Positions 36,553-49,373 of a DNA stretch of 64,000 nucleotides are shown here, one piece after another (position 1 is the stretch's first letter; each line of letters begins with the position of its first letter). The translations under genes and the position numbers were made by a program. Location of the stretch: positions 155,062,001-155,126,000 of the forward strand of contig NC_042997.1 in the NCBI RefSeq assembly GCF_006345805.1, read 5' to 3'. The notes under the pieces are model-generated. The model saw nothing but the letters and a program-made list of their open reading frames with translations, made no database searches and was not told where the DNA came from. Origin of the DNA: Octopus sinensis. Taxonomy: Eukaryota.

Positions 36553-38615
36553 TAAGACAGTGAGTTGGCAGAATCATTAGCATGCTGGATGAAATGCTTA
36601 GCAGTATTTTACCCATCGCCACATTCTGACATCAAATTCTGCTGCAGTCGACTTCGCCTTTCATCCTTTCAGGGTCAATAAAATAAGTACCAGTTGAACA
36701 CTGGGGTCGATGTAATCAACACAACCCCTCCCCAAAATGGCTGCCCTTGTGGAAAAATTTGAAACCATTATTATTATTATCAAGGCAGTGAGCAGGCAGA
36801 ATCATTAGCATGATGGGCAAAATGCTTAGTGGCATTTCATCCGTCCATATGTTCTGAGTTCAAGTTCTGCCAAGGTTGACTTTGCCCTTTCATCTTTTCG
36901 AGGTGCATAAAATGAGTACCAGTTGAGTACTGGGGTCGATGCAATCGATTTATCCCCTCACTCAAATTTCATGCCTTGTGTCTATAGTAGAAAGGATTAT
37001 TATTATTAGTATTATTTTATTTGTCTGGTAGCTGTAGTGAAAGAGGTAGTGTGGTGGACTTATTTGAAAGGGCTAAAGTCAGACACTTTCCTCTTTGGTC
37101 AAGCCCTCATCAACCCTTCAAGTAAGGGTGGAGAAGGAAGTGTTGCTTTCTAGCAAGTTTATTGAAAAATTGGTGAATGTTGGAAGAATGGTCAGTGTGG
37201 AAGGACCAATTCTGAGTATACACCTGTAAAACTAAAAGAAGAGCTCTGGCCCTGTTGGTCAGGCACCCGTGGCTTTTGTGGGTTTTTCCTCAAGTAGCGT
37301 TAAAGTGCCTCCTCCTACTGGGAGTTTTGTGTGATTTTTCTTTGTTATTTTATTTACACATTCTAAACCCTTTGCATTGTCCTGTTTTGTCATTTCATGT
37401 TGCTTTTATGTTAGCCCTTGTGGCCAATAAAAGAATAAATTATTATTAATGATAATAATGTGGTGGTCCCATAGGGGAACGATGCTACTATTGTTTATAG
37501 CCCCAGGAAGACATCTCCTCAAGCTGGCTAACAACACACTGTCTGATTAGTATTTGCAAAGGGAAATCATCGTTCCCATCTTTAGCCTTACGTGATACCC
37601 GGGTTTCTGGGTAGTAACTCATCATCAGTGTGTGATAATCACTAGCTAGCGATGAGAACTCATTCCAAACGCAAAATACTATATGCTTTTTTCAATGACA
37701 AACAGTCACTGATCTCGAATTATTGTTATCATTATTATTATTATCATTATTATCATTGTTATTATTAAGGCAGCGAGCTGGCAGAATCGTTAGCATGTTG
37801 GGCTATATGCTTAGCGGTATTTTGTCTGTCGCTAATGTTTTGAGTTCAAATTCTGCCGAAGTCGACTTTGCCTTTCATCCTTTCGGGGTCAATAAATTAA
37901 GTACCAGTTGCATACTGGAGTTGATCTAATCGACTAGCCCCCTCCCCAAAAATTTCAGGCCTTGTGCCTAGTAGAAAAGATTATTATTATTATTACTACT
38001 AAGGTGATGAACAGGCAGTCATTAGCATGCCAGGCAAAATGCTTAACAGCATTTTGTCTGTCTCTACATTCTGCGTTCAAATTCCGCCATGGATGACTTT
38101 ACCTTTCATCCTTTCGGGGTTGATGAAATAAGTACTAATTGAATACAGGGGGTCGATGTAATCAACTTGTCCCCTTCCCCAAAAATTTCAGGCCTTGTGC
38201 CTAGTAGAAAAGATTATTATTATTATTATTACTACTAAGGTGATGAACAGGCAGTCATTAGCATGCCAGGCAAAATGCTTAACAGCATTTTGTCTGTCTC
38301 TACATTCTGCGTTCAAATTCCGCCATGGATGACTTTACCTTTCATCCTTTCGGGGTTGATGAAATAAGTACTAATTGAATACAGGGGGTCGATGTAATCA
38401 ACTTGTCCCCTTCCCCAAAAATTTCAGGCCTTATGCCTTTATTAGAAAGAATTATTATTATTATTAATATAATTATTACTATTAAGGCAGTAAGCTAGCA
38501 GAATAGTTAGCATGCTGGGCAAAATGCTTAGTGGTAGTTCATTCACCAAGGTCAACTTTACCTTTCATCCTTTCAGGGTTGACAAAATAAGTATCAGTTG
38601 AGCACTGGGGTCGAG
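36553..38615 (+). mobile_element. Cluster of six SINE B copies (about 36553, 36782, 37765, 38001, 38237, 38483)
   Basis: Same orientation; each copy starts right after an (ATT)n run. Confidence 0.88.
37596..37629 (-). ncRNA. Hammerhead core motif with palindromic stem III; stem I not formed
   Basis: CUGAUGA-UGAGU uacu ACCCA-GAA-ACCCGGGU-A. Confidence 0.45.
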
Positions 38616-38838
38616 GCAAGCAACTTAACAACTTCTAGATATGAGAATAAAAAACTGCATTCCTCTGTCAAACCATATCGAGTCAGTATGGTAGAGTAGA
38701 CTCATCAAACTGGTATGATCTCAAGCTCAAATCTTACGGCCTACACATCAGACCGTGGTTGGTGATGCCATTGTCTTGCAGTGGATTGATTATAGGTAAT
38801 CAAACACAATCCAATAATTAAGGCTGGGATGTATAATG

Positions 38839-39268
38839 ACATGCTGGATTAACTATTAAGCAAAATAAACACATGCTTAGGGCATCAAGAGAAGGAGGGG
38901 GACACAACAGAAATGGTAAATGGTTTACAGCACAAAAGAAATCACTTTAAACTTGCTAAAATAATATTCGGGATGCCTTTATCTCTACTGATAAGTATAG
39001 ATGCAGATGTGTTACCTAAGATTAATTTTGATGATCTGATCAAAGACACAGCAATTCAAAAAAGTAGAAGGAAACTTTCCAAATATAAATAAAGTGGAAG
39101 TATACAAAAAGAAACATTATTTTCCCTCTTACTGTTTTGTTTCACTTTGAAAAATAGAAATTTATTTTATGCTTTGTTATTGTTTATATTTTAAATTACA
39201 TAATCTTTTATAGAGGCACCAAAATCTTTTAAGTGCTTAGGGCCTCAATGGGTCTTAATCCAGCCCTG
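38839..39268 (+). mobile_element. Non-autonomous hAT element
   Basis: GCTGGATTAA/TTAATCCAGC inverted ends, exact 8-bp TSD GTATAATG, remnant peptide LSLLISIDADVLPKINFDDLIKD...KSRRK. Confidence 0.75.
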
Positions 39269-39549
39269 GTATAATGTATCAGTTTTGGGCATCTTGTCTG
39301 TTATGTTATTATCAAAGTGCCCTTTCTTTGTTACCCTCTCATCCGTCACTCACCTTCACCTTCTCTTCTATTCACTGCACCATTCTGCTAGTGTAATAAA
39401 ATATATCATTAGATCAGTCCACATGCAATTTTCTCTTTATCCTTCTCATCATGGTGCCTATGTAACTGAAGAATAACATTAGATCTGTCTGTTTTCAATA
39501 CCTCCTACCATCACCCTTGTCATTCTCATTATACATATATACATATATA

Positions 39550-39940
39550 TATTAACGAATTTTTCCACCGTCTAGGCTCAAAAAAAGCCTTTATTGTTGG
39601 TTTCCCAGTCCTGTTTTTATTCTTTATTTGTACTGTTTTTTTTCTTCATTTGTATTGCTTTTACGTCCTGTTCTTTTCACTTTTTTTACCCCTCTGCAAA
39701 ATAATTTTATTTAATTCATTTTGCAGGAAGGACTGCTTCGGCCGGATCGTGTTCTGCCCTTACCTTCAAAACACACATTGAGTCGAAACAGGGGCAGCTG
39801 ATGAAGGGGAATATTCCTTGTATTGTTTGTCTTGTACTCTGTTTTTTCGTTGTTAAAAAAAGTCTGTTTCCTCGTTTGATTTTATGTTTTCATTTCTCGT
39901 TGTGTTCTACATTTATTTGTGGTGTCCTGTACTCATATAT
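39550..39940. repeat. (TA)n-flanked unclassified repeat, possibly Penelope-like
   Basis: Bounded by TA microsatellites; contains GAAAC and CTGATGA words, but not in hammerhead order. Confidence 0.3.
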
Positions 39941-41067
39941 GCATGTATATATATACATATAGATGTAGGTGTGCACATATATGTATGTATGTATGCATAT
40001 GTTTTATTTATTAAATTGTTATTATATATATATATCCTATATGATCTCTCTGACCATCCTTCACCACTAATACTAACCATCACTCACTCTCATTTCCTTT
40101 TCTCTTTATCATTTCTTTGTCACACCTCTTACTCTGTCTTTCCCTTTCATGCAACTCATACTGTTTCTCTACTCAATCATATTACCAGCAAATAGCATGT
40201 ATCTACAACCATTGTCTCTTCATGACTATATCAGCTTTCAAACTCTTCCCTCTATCACACTTCCCCCCACCTACTCATATAATAATGGCGGTGGTGTTAG
40301 TGACAATGATTTTCTGGTCTTTCACCCCCTCACTTTGGTTCTCTTTGTCATCACTCATTCCTCTATTCACTTTTTCACACATCTGTTACAAATGGAGACA
40401 TTTTCCCAAAGTTCCAAGCAGTGGGACTCAACCCAGAATTATGTGGTTGGGAAGCAAGTTTCTTACCACACAGCCATGCCTGCACCTACATTCACTTTTC
40501 AATTATATCTTAATATTACAGTCATGAGGTTTCAAAAAAATTTGAGGCACACTTCTGCAGCCTGGTCACTGACACAATTCCATCACGTCTGTTGAAAATC
40601 AGTTTCTGACAAGTTTTTATAACCCTGAGTGGAGGGGAGTCTCCTTGCCTTTCTGTTCTTTTTCATTTTATCCTTTCTCAACTCTTTTTTTTTTTTCTTT
40701 TCATACTTCAGCTTAAAGTATGTTACTTTAAAATTATACTCTTTGACTTATCTTGTTTTACAGTGAACTTTAGACTTGTGAATCTTCTATATTGTTTCTG
40801 TCTGAACTTTCGACATACCATTAGTCACTTTCCAATTCAAGTCTCAATTCACTCTCTCTATCTGCATTTATACATATTTATTTATTTATTTATTCACTTC
40901 ATTGAAATTATTTCTCTTTTTTTCCATAGTTACTACTTAAGGTGAAATGATACAAAGAATAAAAACTACCTAAATTAAAAAGAAAAGACATATATATATA
41001 TATATATATTTTACGGAGATGTACTTGCATAGCAAGTGACCTGATCTGAGATTGTGTGCTGGAACGA

Positions 41068-41327
41068 AAACAATTGCAGCGTGGAAGGTGTTTATAAGCC
41101 ATTTAAGAAACACACAAAAAACATTAGATTCACTTCAACATTTAAATTTAATTTGTTAAAATATTTTCGTTGCTTTGAGACCACGTCCTGTTCACTGACA
41201 AAATTCCGTGCTGCACGGAGTTTTGTCAGTGAACAGGTCGCGGTCTCAAAGTGAATCTAAAGTGAATCTAACAGTTTTTGTGTGTTTCTTAAATGGCTTA
41301 TAAACACCTTCCACACTGCAATTGTTT
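41068..41327. repeat. Foldback/palindromic element; a half copy lies at 3727-3865
   Basis: Arms are reverse complements centred on CTG at 41211-41213. Confidence 0.85.
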
Positions 41328-43339
41328 ATATATATATATATATATTCACATGCATAAAATTGATTTAAGGAAGGAGGGAATATATGCACTTCTTGCATAT
41401 GGTGAATTGGTGTTACTTCATTTGAGATTGCAAACGAGGCTAGTTTAGTAACTTCATGGAATGAAGAAGTCATCATGTTCTTAAACTTTTTCATTGTACG
41501 CTCAAATTGGGAGGTCTTAACGCAAAATTTGATTAACAGCTCAACCAGGAGATGTACCTTGCACACTGAAGCTTGACTGAATCAGTGACACCTAAGAATA
41601 GACTGGATAACTGCCAAAAGACAACATGCAGGACAATATGTGTTAGCATCCCATCCATACGTGACAACTTGCTGGGGCTGCCTGCTGGAGCTTAGCAGTA
41701 TGTATTTAAAAGGAAATTTGACGAGACAGTCAGTCGCCCGCTGACACTTGTTGACGCTACATCGAAGAAGCCAGGGAACAGAAGAAAGAAGACATGCACC
41801 CAACACCAGAGCTGAAGAAACCTCTGGAAGAGGGGGGCGCCACATCAAAACAGTAGAGGAGTAGGGGCCAAAACCGGACGTGGTTTCTCCTGATGATGTC
41901 TTGAGCTAACTGGATTCTATAAAGGAGCTGTTGTGGAAGCAGACCACGAAACACGGTTGAAATTCCTTCCCTGTGAAAAAGAAACCCAGTGAACTACCAC
42001 AACAACTTCAGATATATATCCCTAGGAAATCCCAAAAAGTGAGGAGGATGAAATCTCCAGAGGATAGATCATACTTAACAACCCCTGCTAATGATTACAT
42101 TACAGTATGTTGCAATCAATTGTGCAAGAATTATCAAGGTTTTAAATCCATCAAGTCAAAGTGAAACGCATGGAGCGAGAGAACAAGATGTAGTGCACTG
42201 GCCTTTAGCCTCCTGAAACACAGGAAGAGCCCAATTTCTTCATACATCACCATCTCCTAATCTCAGCAGCAGTGAATTAAGTGGGCTCTCAGCTTCCTTC
42301 CAACAAGAATAAACAGCTGCAGTTTGATACAGATGTCAATGATATCTTTGAAGTCTCAACTAAAGGAGATGCAAACAGTCAACTCCATAAATGATTGTTG
42401 TCACTGTCAGCTATGGTTCAGAAAGATTTACTCAGGCATTATAGACTAACACTGGTAGAAGTTTCAAACCCTCAAAACGCAGTTTAGGATTTCCACTGAA
42501 GTAGAGAGAAAAAAAGCCTTAGGTGACCTGAGGAGCATCTTAAGGAAAAAATCTTATGACCCTTCTCAGAGCAAAGTGACACAGGGGAAGGGAAAAAGAG
42601 AGACTTAGGAACAGAACTGCCTGTGCTGCCAATCTCTTTGGTTTTACAAACTGATCACTAGGAATTAGACACACTAACAGTCTAATGTGCTCAATTGAGA
42701 AAGTTCATGTGTTACTCAATGACACTCTGAGTAGCTCCAGTGTAAGAAAAAGAGTTGAACCCATTAAAATCTCATCTAAGTTTGAGAGGGGGTCACCAAA
42801 GCAGCATGCTCTGCATCTGCTACAGGCCCCAGTAGTGTGTCCTATTTAACATACAAGCAATGCTCATGGTAGATTTAGCAAATGTAGATATGGCAAATGG
42901 GGAGAATTGCTGATCAGTAGGGATGTAGCAACCATTTGGTTTCCCAAAAAGGAAAACTCCTAGAATATCAATTTCAATATATCCTGTCCACTTTGATCTA
43001 AAGAAGTGCCTTAGAACATCTCAGTAGCTACCAAAGCCTTTAGAGAAAACCATTGTCATAACCAGATGCTCAAGGTGGTTATTGAGAGCTTAGCCATTAT
43101 CCTAGAATCCGACAAACCAGACACTTGTACATTGTTGTCATCTGAGTAATATACAATTCAGTCAATTTCAATACTAACTGTCGAAGGGAAGGTGTTTTGC
43201 AGCATTGTTCTCCATAGACTGACATCAAGCCTTCAGAACAGAAGGGTGGGTTTCTTGGTATTTCAGGTTACTTGGAGTAATGTAATTACACAGTTTATCA
43301 GAGAAGCCTATGAGAACAGCGGTAACCCAGTCATACTAT

Positions 43340-43530
43340 GTATTTCTTTACTACCCACAAGGGGCTAAACACAGAGGGGACAAACAAGGACAGACAAACA
43401 GATTAAGTCGATTATATCGACCCCAGTGCGTAACTGGTACTTAATTTATCGACCCCGAAAGGATGAAAGGCAAAGTCGACCTCGGCAGGATTTGAACTCA
43501 GAACGTAAGGACAGACGAAATACGGCTACG
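43340..43530 (-). mobile_element. SINE B, young copy
   Basis: CpGs retained; 13-bp TSD CAGTCATACTATG. Confidence 0.88.
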
Positions 43531-44185
43531 CAGTCATACTATGGATGGACTAAATGTTTATGGGTTCAAACAACACAGACTGGTTGAGCTTACATTGCAC
43601 CAACACTCTGTTCCCAATAAAGTCAAGGACTTGATCCCAGGTTACTACAATAATTGCAGGCCAAGAATCACTTCTGGCTCAGAAATGACTGATACTGGTT
43701 TGAAAAAAGAATAACAGGTACCCATCTTCATTATTCTTTATACCCTTATCATGAAGATGGTAGCCAAATGAGTCAAAAGAAAAGGTAGAAGTGTGTTAAC
43801 CTTACCATCACAACAACATCAATGGAAAGAACCTACAAGGATATGAGAAACTCATCGCCTGGACAAGGTTGACTTGCTAAATCAAGGTCCATGGTGCTGA
43901 AGAAGACAAAGGTGGTCATCAAAATCCATTTCTCAATATCTGCAATTGAACTCTCCTCCATTACAGAGTGATCAGTCATTAGTCAGGAGAAGTACTTCTC
44001 TGCAATTTCAAATATTTAAGAAAGTCCTTGAGACTTAACTCCCTAAAGTTGGCAAGTCAGGATTGACTGCCAGATTCAAGTCTTGAATGTATCAACATTC
44101 TATCTTGTCTCCAAGTCTTATGGCATATACTGGTTTACATGGTTCCATTAGCAATAGCCGAGTCCCTCACAAGAAAGATTACTGG

Positions 44186-44450
44186 ATTAAGGTGGTAAGC
44201 TGGATTAAGGCGGTGAGCTGGATTAAGGCGGTGAGCTGGATTAAGCTAGGCAAAATGCTTAGCGGTATTTCATCTGCCATTACGTTCTGAGTTCAAATTC
44301 TGCTGAGGTTGACTTTGCCTTTCATTCTTTAGGGGTCGATAAATTAAGTACCAGTTACGCACTGGGGTCGATGTAATCGACTTAATCCCTTTGTCTGTCC
44401 TTGCTTGTTCCCTCTATGTTTAGCCCCTTGTGGGCAATAAAGAAATAAGG
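44186..44450 (+). mobile_element. SINE B with a triplicated 18-bp head
   Basis: TSD AAGATTACTGG on both sides. Confidence 0.85.
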
Positions 44451-46099
44451 AAGATTACTGGCTTTCAGTACACATAGCTGGGGTTTCCCCACAGCCTCAG
44501 CACCAGTGATGTCTTGTAGCTCCTACTCAAAGGCCTCACTAGAGAGTTTAAGATAACACAAACAATATATGGTACAAGGACTCCAAGGACCAGAAAGTGT
44601 CATTTAGCTAGAATCAAGGTGAAAACTAGGAGGAAATGGAAGGCAGAGAAAATAGTACAAGTGGCAGGTTACTACAATAATTGCAGGCCAAGAATCACTT
44701 CTGGCTCAGAAATGACTGATACTGGTTTGAAAAAAGAATAACAGGTACCCATCTTCATTATTCTTTATACCCTTATCATGAAGATGGTAGCCAAATGAGT
44801 CAAAAGAAAAGGTAGAAGTGTGTTAACCTTACCATCACAACAACATCAATGGAAAGAACCTACAAGGATATGAGAAACTCATCGCCTGGACAAGGTTGAC
44901 TTGCTAAATCAAGGTCCATGGTGCTGAAGAAGACAAAGGTGGTCATCAAAATCCATTTCTCAATATCTGCAATTGAACTCTCCTCCATTACAGAGTAGGC
45001 AAAGGAAGCTGGCAGAAAGGAATTAGGGTACTTCCCATATCCTCTGATTAACAAGGCCCACAGAAGGAAGAGCAGGTGACCAGAATAGTGAGATTCAGAC
45101 AACAGGGTGTATGGACAAGGTGGGAGATCATGTGGTAACACAAGGATACATAGTCAAATATGCAAGCAGATTTCTATCATATCCAGTTCTGGATCCAGAA
45201 TGTCTATGATGCCCTGCTATATCCTGCTCATCCTTGCATCCGGAGTAAGTGCAAGACACCATCCTGTCCACTTTGATCTAAAGAAGTTCCTTAGAACATC
45301 TCAGTATCTGCACAAAGCCTTTAGAGAAAACCATTGTCATAACCAGATGCTGAAGGTGGTTATTGAGAGCTTAGCCATTATCCTAGAATCCGACCAACCA
45401 GACACCTGTACATTGTTGTCATCTGAGTAATATACACTCAGAATGATGCATAATTACTGATATCAATTTCTTAAATATACACTGACTATAACACTAGAAT
45501 GGTAATATACCCTGGTCCTATATACTCTAATTGCAACCTGTTTGTAGGTTGATAGCATCAGAAGTTTTTCAGCTTTGCATGTTCTTTTCTTCAATCCACC
45601 TGTATCAGCTGCTGTATTATCATCAGGGCTTTTAACTGTGTATGATACTTCTGTAGTGTCAGCATAGCTAGAAAGACCAACTGTATGAATGAGAACACAT
45701 CTTAAAGAAATACTACAAACAGTAGTGGTCTCAGTACAGTTCCCTGGAGGACAATGCTAAGAACTGATGCCTCCTCAGAAAGAGCAGCATTAGCTGCAAC
45801 TGTCTGATTCCTACTTATTAATAAGCCATGCAGAAACTGCCCTAGTTTTCCAACTATGCTGAGGTCAAACAGTTTGTGACATGTTATTCCATAATCAACT
45901 TTAGCGAAAGCTTTAGCAAAATCATTATCATCATCGTCTAATGTCCATTTTCAATGCTGGCATGGGTTAGATGGTTTGACTGAGGTCTGGAGAGCCAGCG
46001 GCTACACCAGGCTCTAATTTGATCTGGCAATATTTCTACAGCTGCATGCCCTTCCTAATGCCAGCCACTCTGAGAGTGTAGTAGGTGCTTTTTAGACAT

Positions 46100-47720
46100 G
46101 TAAAGATTGGAAGCAAAAAGATACGCAAGAAAGGACTACAACAATGGTAACAGAGAAAATAAAAATAGTTAGAAGAGAAGCTAGACAACAAGTCTATCTA
46201 GCAAGGGGGAAAGCATAAAGAAAAACATTTGCCAATATTCAATGGTGTGATGACCAAAGGCATGATGTGTTTTGGATTGGAAGACAGTGCATGGGAAAAA
46301 AAGCAGAAAAAGCCATTATAGTTGACAACAGTATAATAGATAAAGCAATTATGGATATGGAGAGAGAGAAGGCCCCTGCTTCATCAGGAATTACTGCTGA
46401 GATGCTTAAAATATCAGGTGGAGTGGGATATGGATTGGCCACCCATATAGTTAATCAGCTAGATCAAAAAGAAATATCTAACGACTGGTGTAGCAAGACT
46501 ATAGTCAACTGTTACAAGGGTAAATGAGATGTCTTAGAGAGACGCAATTGTATAGGTAGCAAATTGCTGGACCAGGTTATGAAAGTTATAGAAAGAGTTA
46601 TAACTCAACTAATTATGAAGAGAGCAAGCCTAGATGAGATATAGTTTGGTTTTGTGCTCAGGTGAAGCACTACTTATGCTATCATTCTAGGAAGGCAACT
46701 GAGGTGAAGTAGCCAAAATTAAACTACTGTACTTGGCATTCATTGACATGTAGAAAGCTTTGACAGGATCCCTTGCTCTGTCATCTGGTGGTCATTGTAG
46801 AAGTTAAGGTAGACAAATGGCTGGTAAAAGCCATCCAAGCCATATAGAAGGTGAGAGTAAGCAGTGAATACAGTAACAAATTTAGTGGAAATTCCTCTAT
46901 GCAGATGATCTTGTTTATATAGCTGACTCTATAGTAGAATTAGAAAAAAAATTACAGGTATTGACACAAAACCTGTAATCAAAGGACCTTAAAGCAAACT
47001 TAGTATAAACCAAAGCTCTAGTAAGCAGAAAAACAAACCATTAATCTCTTCCGGAAAATAGCCCTGTAGAAAAGCTATTGGTAAAAATTCCATACAGTGT
47101 ACCCAGTGCAAATTGTGGACATTTTACAGTGGAATCACAGGAAAGTTAATAAAGAAAGTAGGCTGCACATTGTACATATGTAAGAGCAATATACAATAAG
47201 AACACACCAAAAATAGATTTCCTTGAACTTCCAGGAGGGTTCTTACAGGTAGTAGATTGTTTCAGTAACCTAAATGACCTAATTAGCAGTAGAGGAGGAT
47301 GCTACAAAAGCACAGTTGCTAGGGATAGTTCAGAGGGTTACTAACCTCTGTTGCTAACAAAAGGTCTCTCTTAGATTGAAAGGCAGATTGTATGATGCTT
47401 GTGTACAAAGAACAATGCTACATGGTAGTGAAACATGGGCCATAAATGCAGAGGGCATGCAAAGGCAAGACAGCAATGAAGCTATCATGTTCTGATAATT
47501 GTGTAGCATCAGTGTACGTGTAAAACAAAATCCAAATGTGTTGAGAGTAAAATTGGATATAAGCGGCATCAGATGTATTGTGCAAGAAAGAAAACAGCAC
47601 TGATAGAGGCATGTGATGCATATGGATGTGAACAGTTGCACAAGGCATTGCTAATCACAAAATATGGCCAGAACCTGTGGAAGAGAGAGACCAAGGAGGA
47701 TGTGGGACAAAGAATTACAG
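46100..47720 (+). mobile_element. Decayed RTE LINE, reverse transcriptase region
   Basis: KAP..SGITAEMLK, KLLDQVMKVIERV and degenerate YADD region; many stops. Confidence 0.9.
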
Positions 47721-48959
47721 GTAAGCTCACCACCACCAATTCATCATAGGAGAGTTCACTGCCATCCATTTACCATAAGGGAACTTTACCAAGAAAATAT
47801 ATCCATAATATCTCAGCATTAAACTATTTAAAATAATAAAAACTTTTAATACTATTTTATTGAAAAACTGAATCAGTGGACATTCTTCGCAGTGAACTGA
47901 TGACAGTGAACTTACCAGACATAAAGACAAAGTAGTGAAGAATGACCTCCAGATGTTGAACCTCACAGAGATGTAGACCAATGATAGATGATTTGCTATG
48001 CTCAAGACAACCTGTCCATCTCAGGGAAAATGAGGCTCTAAATGCACACCATTTATGCCTATGCTCCTGCACTAAATCTCCCTGATGAGCCTCTTCCCCA
48101 CAACTCATCTTCCTAATACCTACCCCTCCATCACTCTCCTGACTAAGGCACTGTCCACTCACCTGCTGTAATTACATGAGAGCAGAAGTGCATATATTTC
48201 AATCCCCACTTTTGTGCTACCACTCACCCTCCCTGGAACCACTTCTTACGTCTCCTGCATTCTCAGTATCATCCCTTACCACCTTAATTTCCACTGAACA
48301 CTCCTTTCACCTCCTCTTCTCATCTCTTAAAAGCAGCCCTGCTATCTCTGTTTGTCACCCACTATTTCCACCCCTATGTACCTCAGACCTTGTCCCTGGA
48401 ACTGTGCATCTTTCTACACCCCACCCACCACACACTTCACATCATCTGTGCTGTTATCTATTATAACTGTGACCCATTATTATTTCCTCCATCTCCACCA
48501 CCACCCCAAAAAAACATGTATTTGCAAATTATTACACCACTTGTGTGCACCATTTACTGTATTCATCTCTGTCCATCTGCCACCCTACTTCCACACTCAT
48601 ATGAACTTACCTACACATTCACTTGGTCCAACCTTCTGGACTACTTCTGCCATATATCATCTTCCAATAACTAGGGGATATGCCTACACCTCTTCACTGC
48701 TATCTTTTCTCTTTTGCTAACTGGGACCACATATCTCCTGTACAGCAAGACACATGTTCCTGTACCTCTATCATACTTTATCCTTTAATCACCTAGTATA
48801 AGGCCACCTCCCTCAATACTCCACCCCACTCAGTTGAGGGGTCATACCTTGAGAGTTGCTTGCAGTCATTAGGGCTTGGTACAGTCCTCTGGCCCATTAG
48901 CTCCTGATGTACTGTCCAACCCATGCCAGCATGGAAAACGGACGTTAAATGTCGATGAT

Positions 48960-49154
48960 GATAACATATATATATATATGTCTGCATGTATATAATCTAT
49001 ATATATATATGTGTGTGTGTTGTGTGTGTGTGTGTGTGTCAGGATGCATGCATGTATGTATGTATGTATGTATATATATATATATGCATGTAATATATAT
49101 ATAGATATATAGATATATATATGCATGTAATATATATAGATATATATATGCATG

Positions 49155-49185
<31 letters not shown>

Positions 49186-49237
49186 GATATATATATGCAT
49201 GTATTATATGATAGATGATAGATAGATAGATAGATAG

Positions 49238-49275
<38 letters not shown>

Positions 49276-49285
49276 TATATATATG
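48960..49285. repeat. Compound (TA)n/(TG)n/(GATA)n microsatellite
   Basis: Seen directly. Confidence 0.95.
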
Positions 49286-49373
49286 TAGGTCCCGGGTTGA
49301 TTCGGGGTTAACCACAGTAAATAAGGTACTCAATACATAGCAGAGTAAAATTAATTTATTATATAGAAGGAGC

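Larger units (their letters stand above)
41980..45460 (-). mobile_element. Decayed, rearranged DIRS-like (tyrosine recombinase) retroelement
   Basis: Broken frames give RSKW.GWC...PD and LLFLL.AL..R-like segments resembling DIRS YR domains. Contains internal duplications and two SINE insertions. Confidence 0.4.

Noticed and set aside
39750-39820. GAAAC and CTGATGA with a CTGCCC/GGGCAG helix
   Set aside because: GAAAC precedes CUGAUGA by only 8 nt; no hammerhead topology (type I, II or III) can accommodate this, and no HDV-like fold was found.
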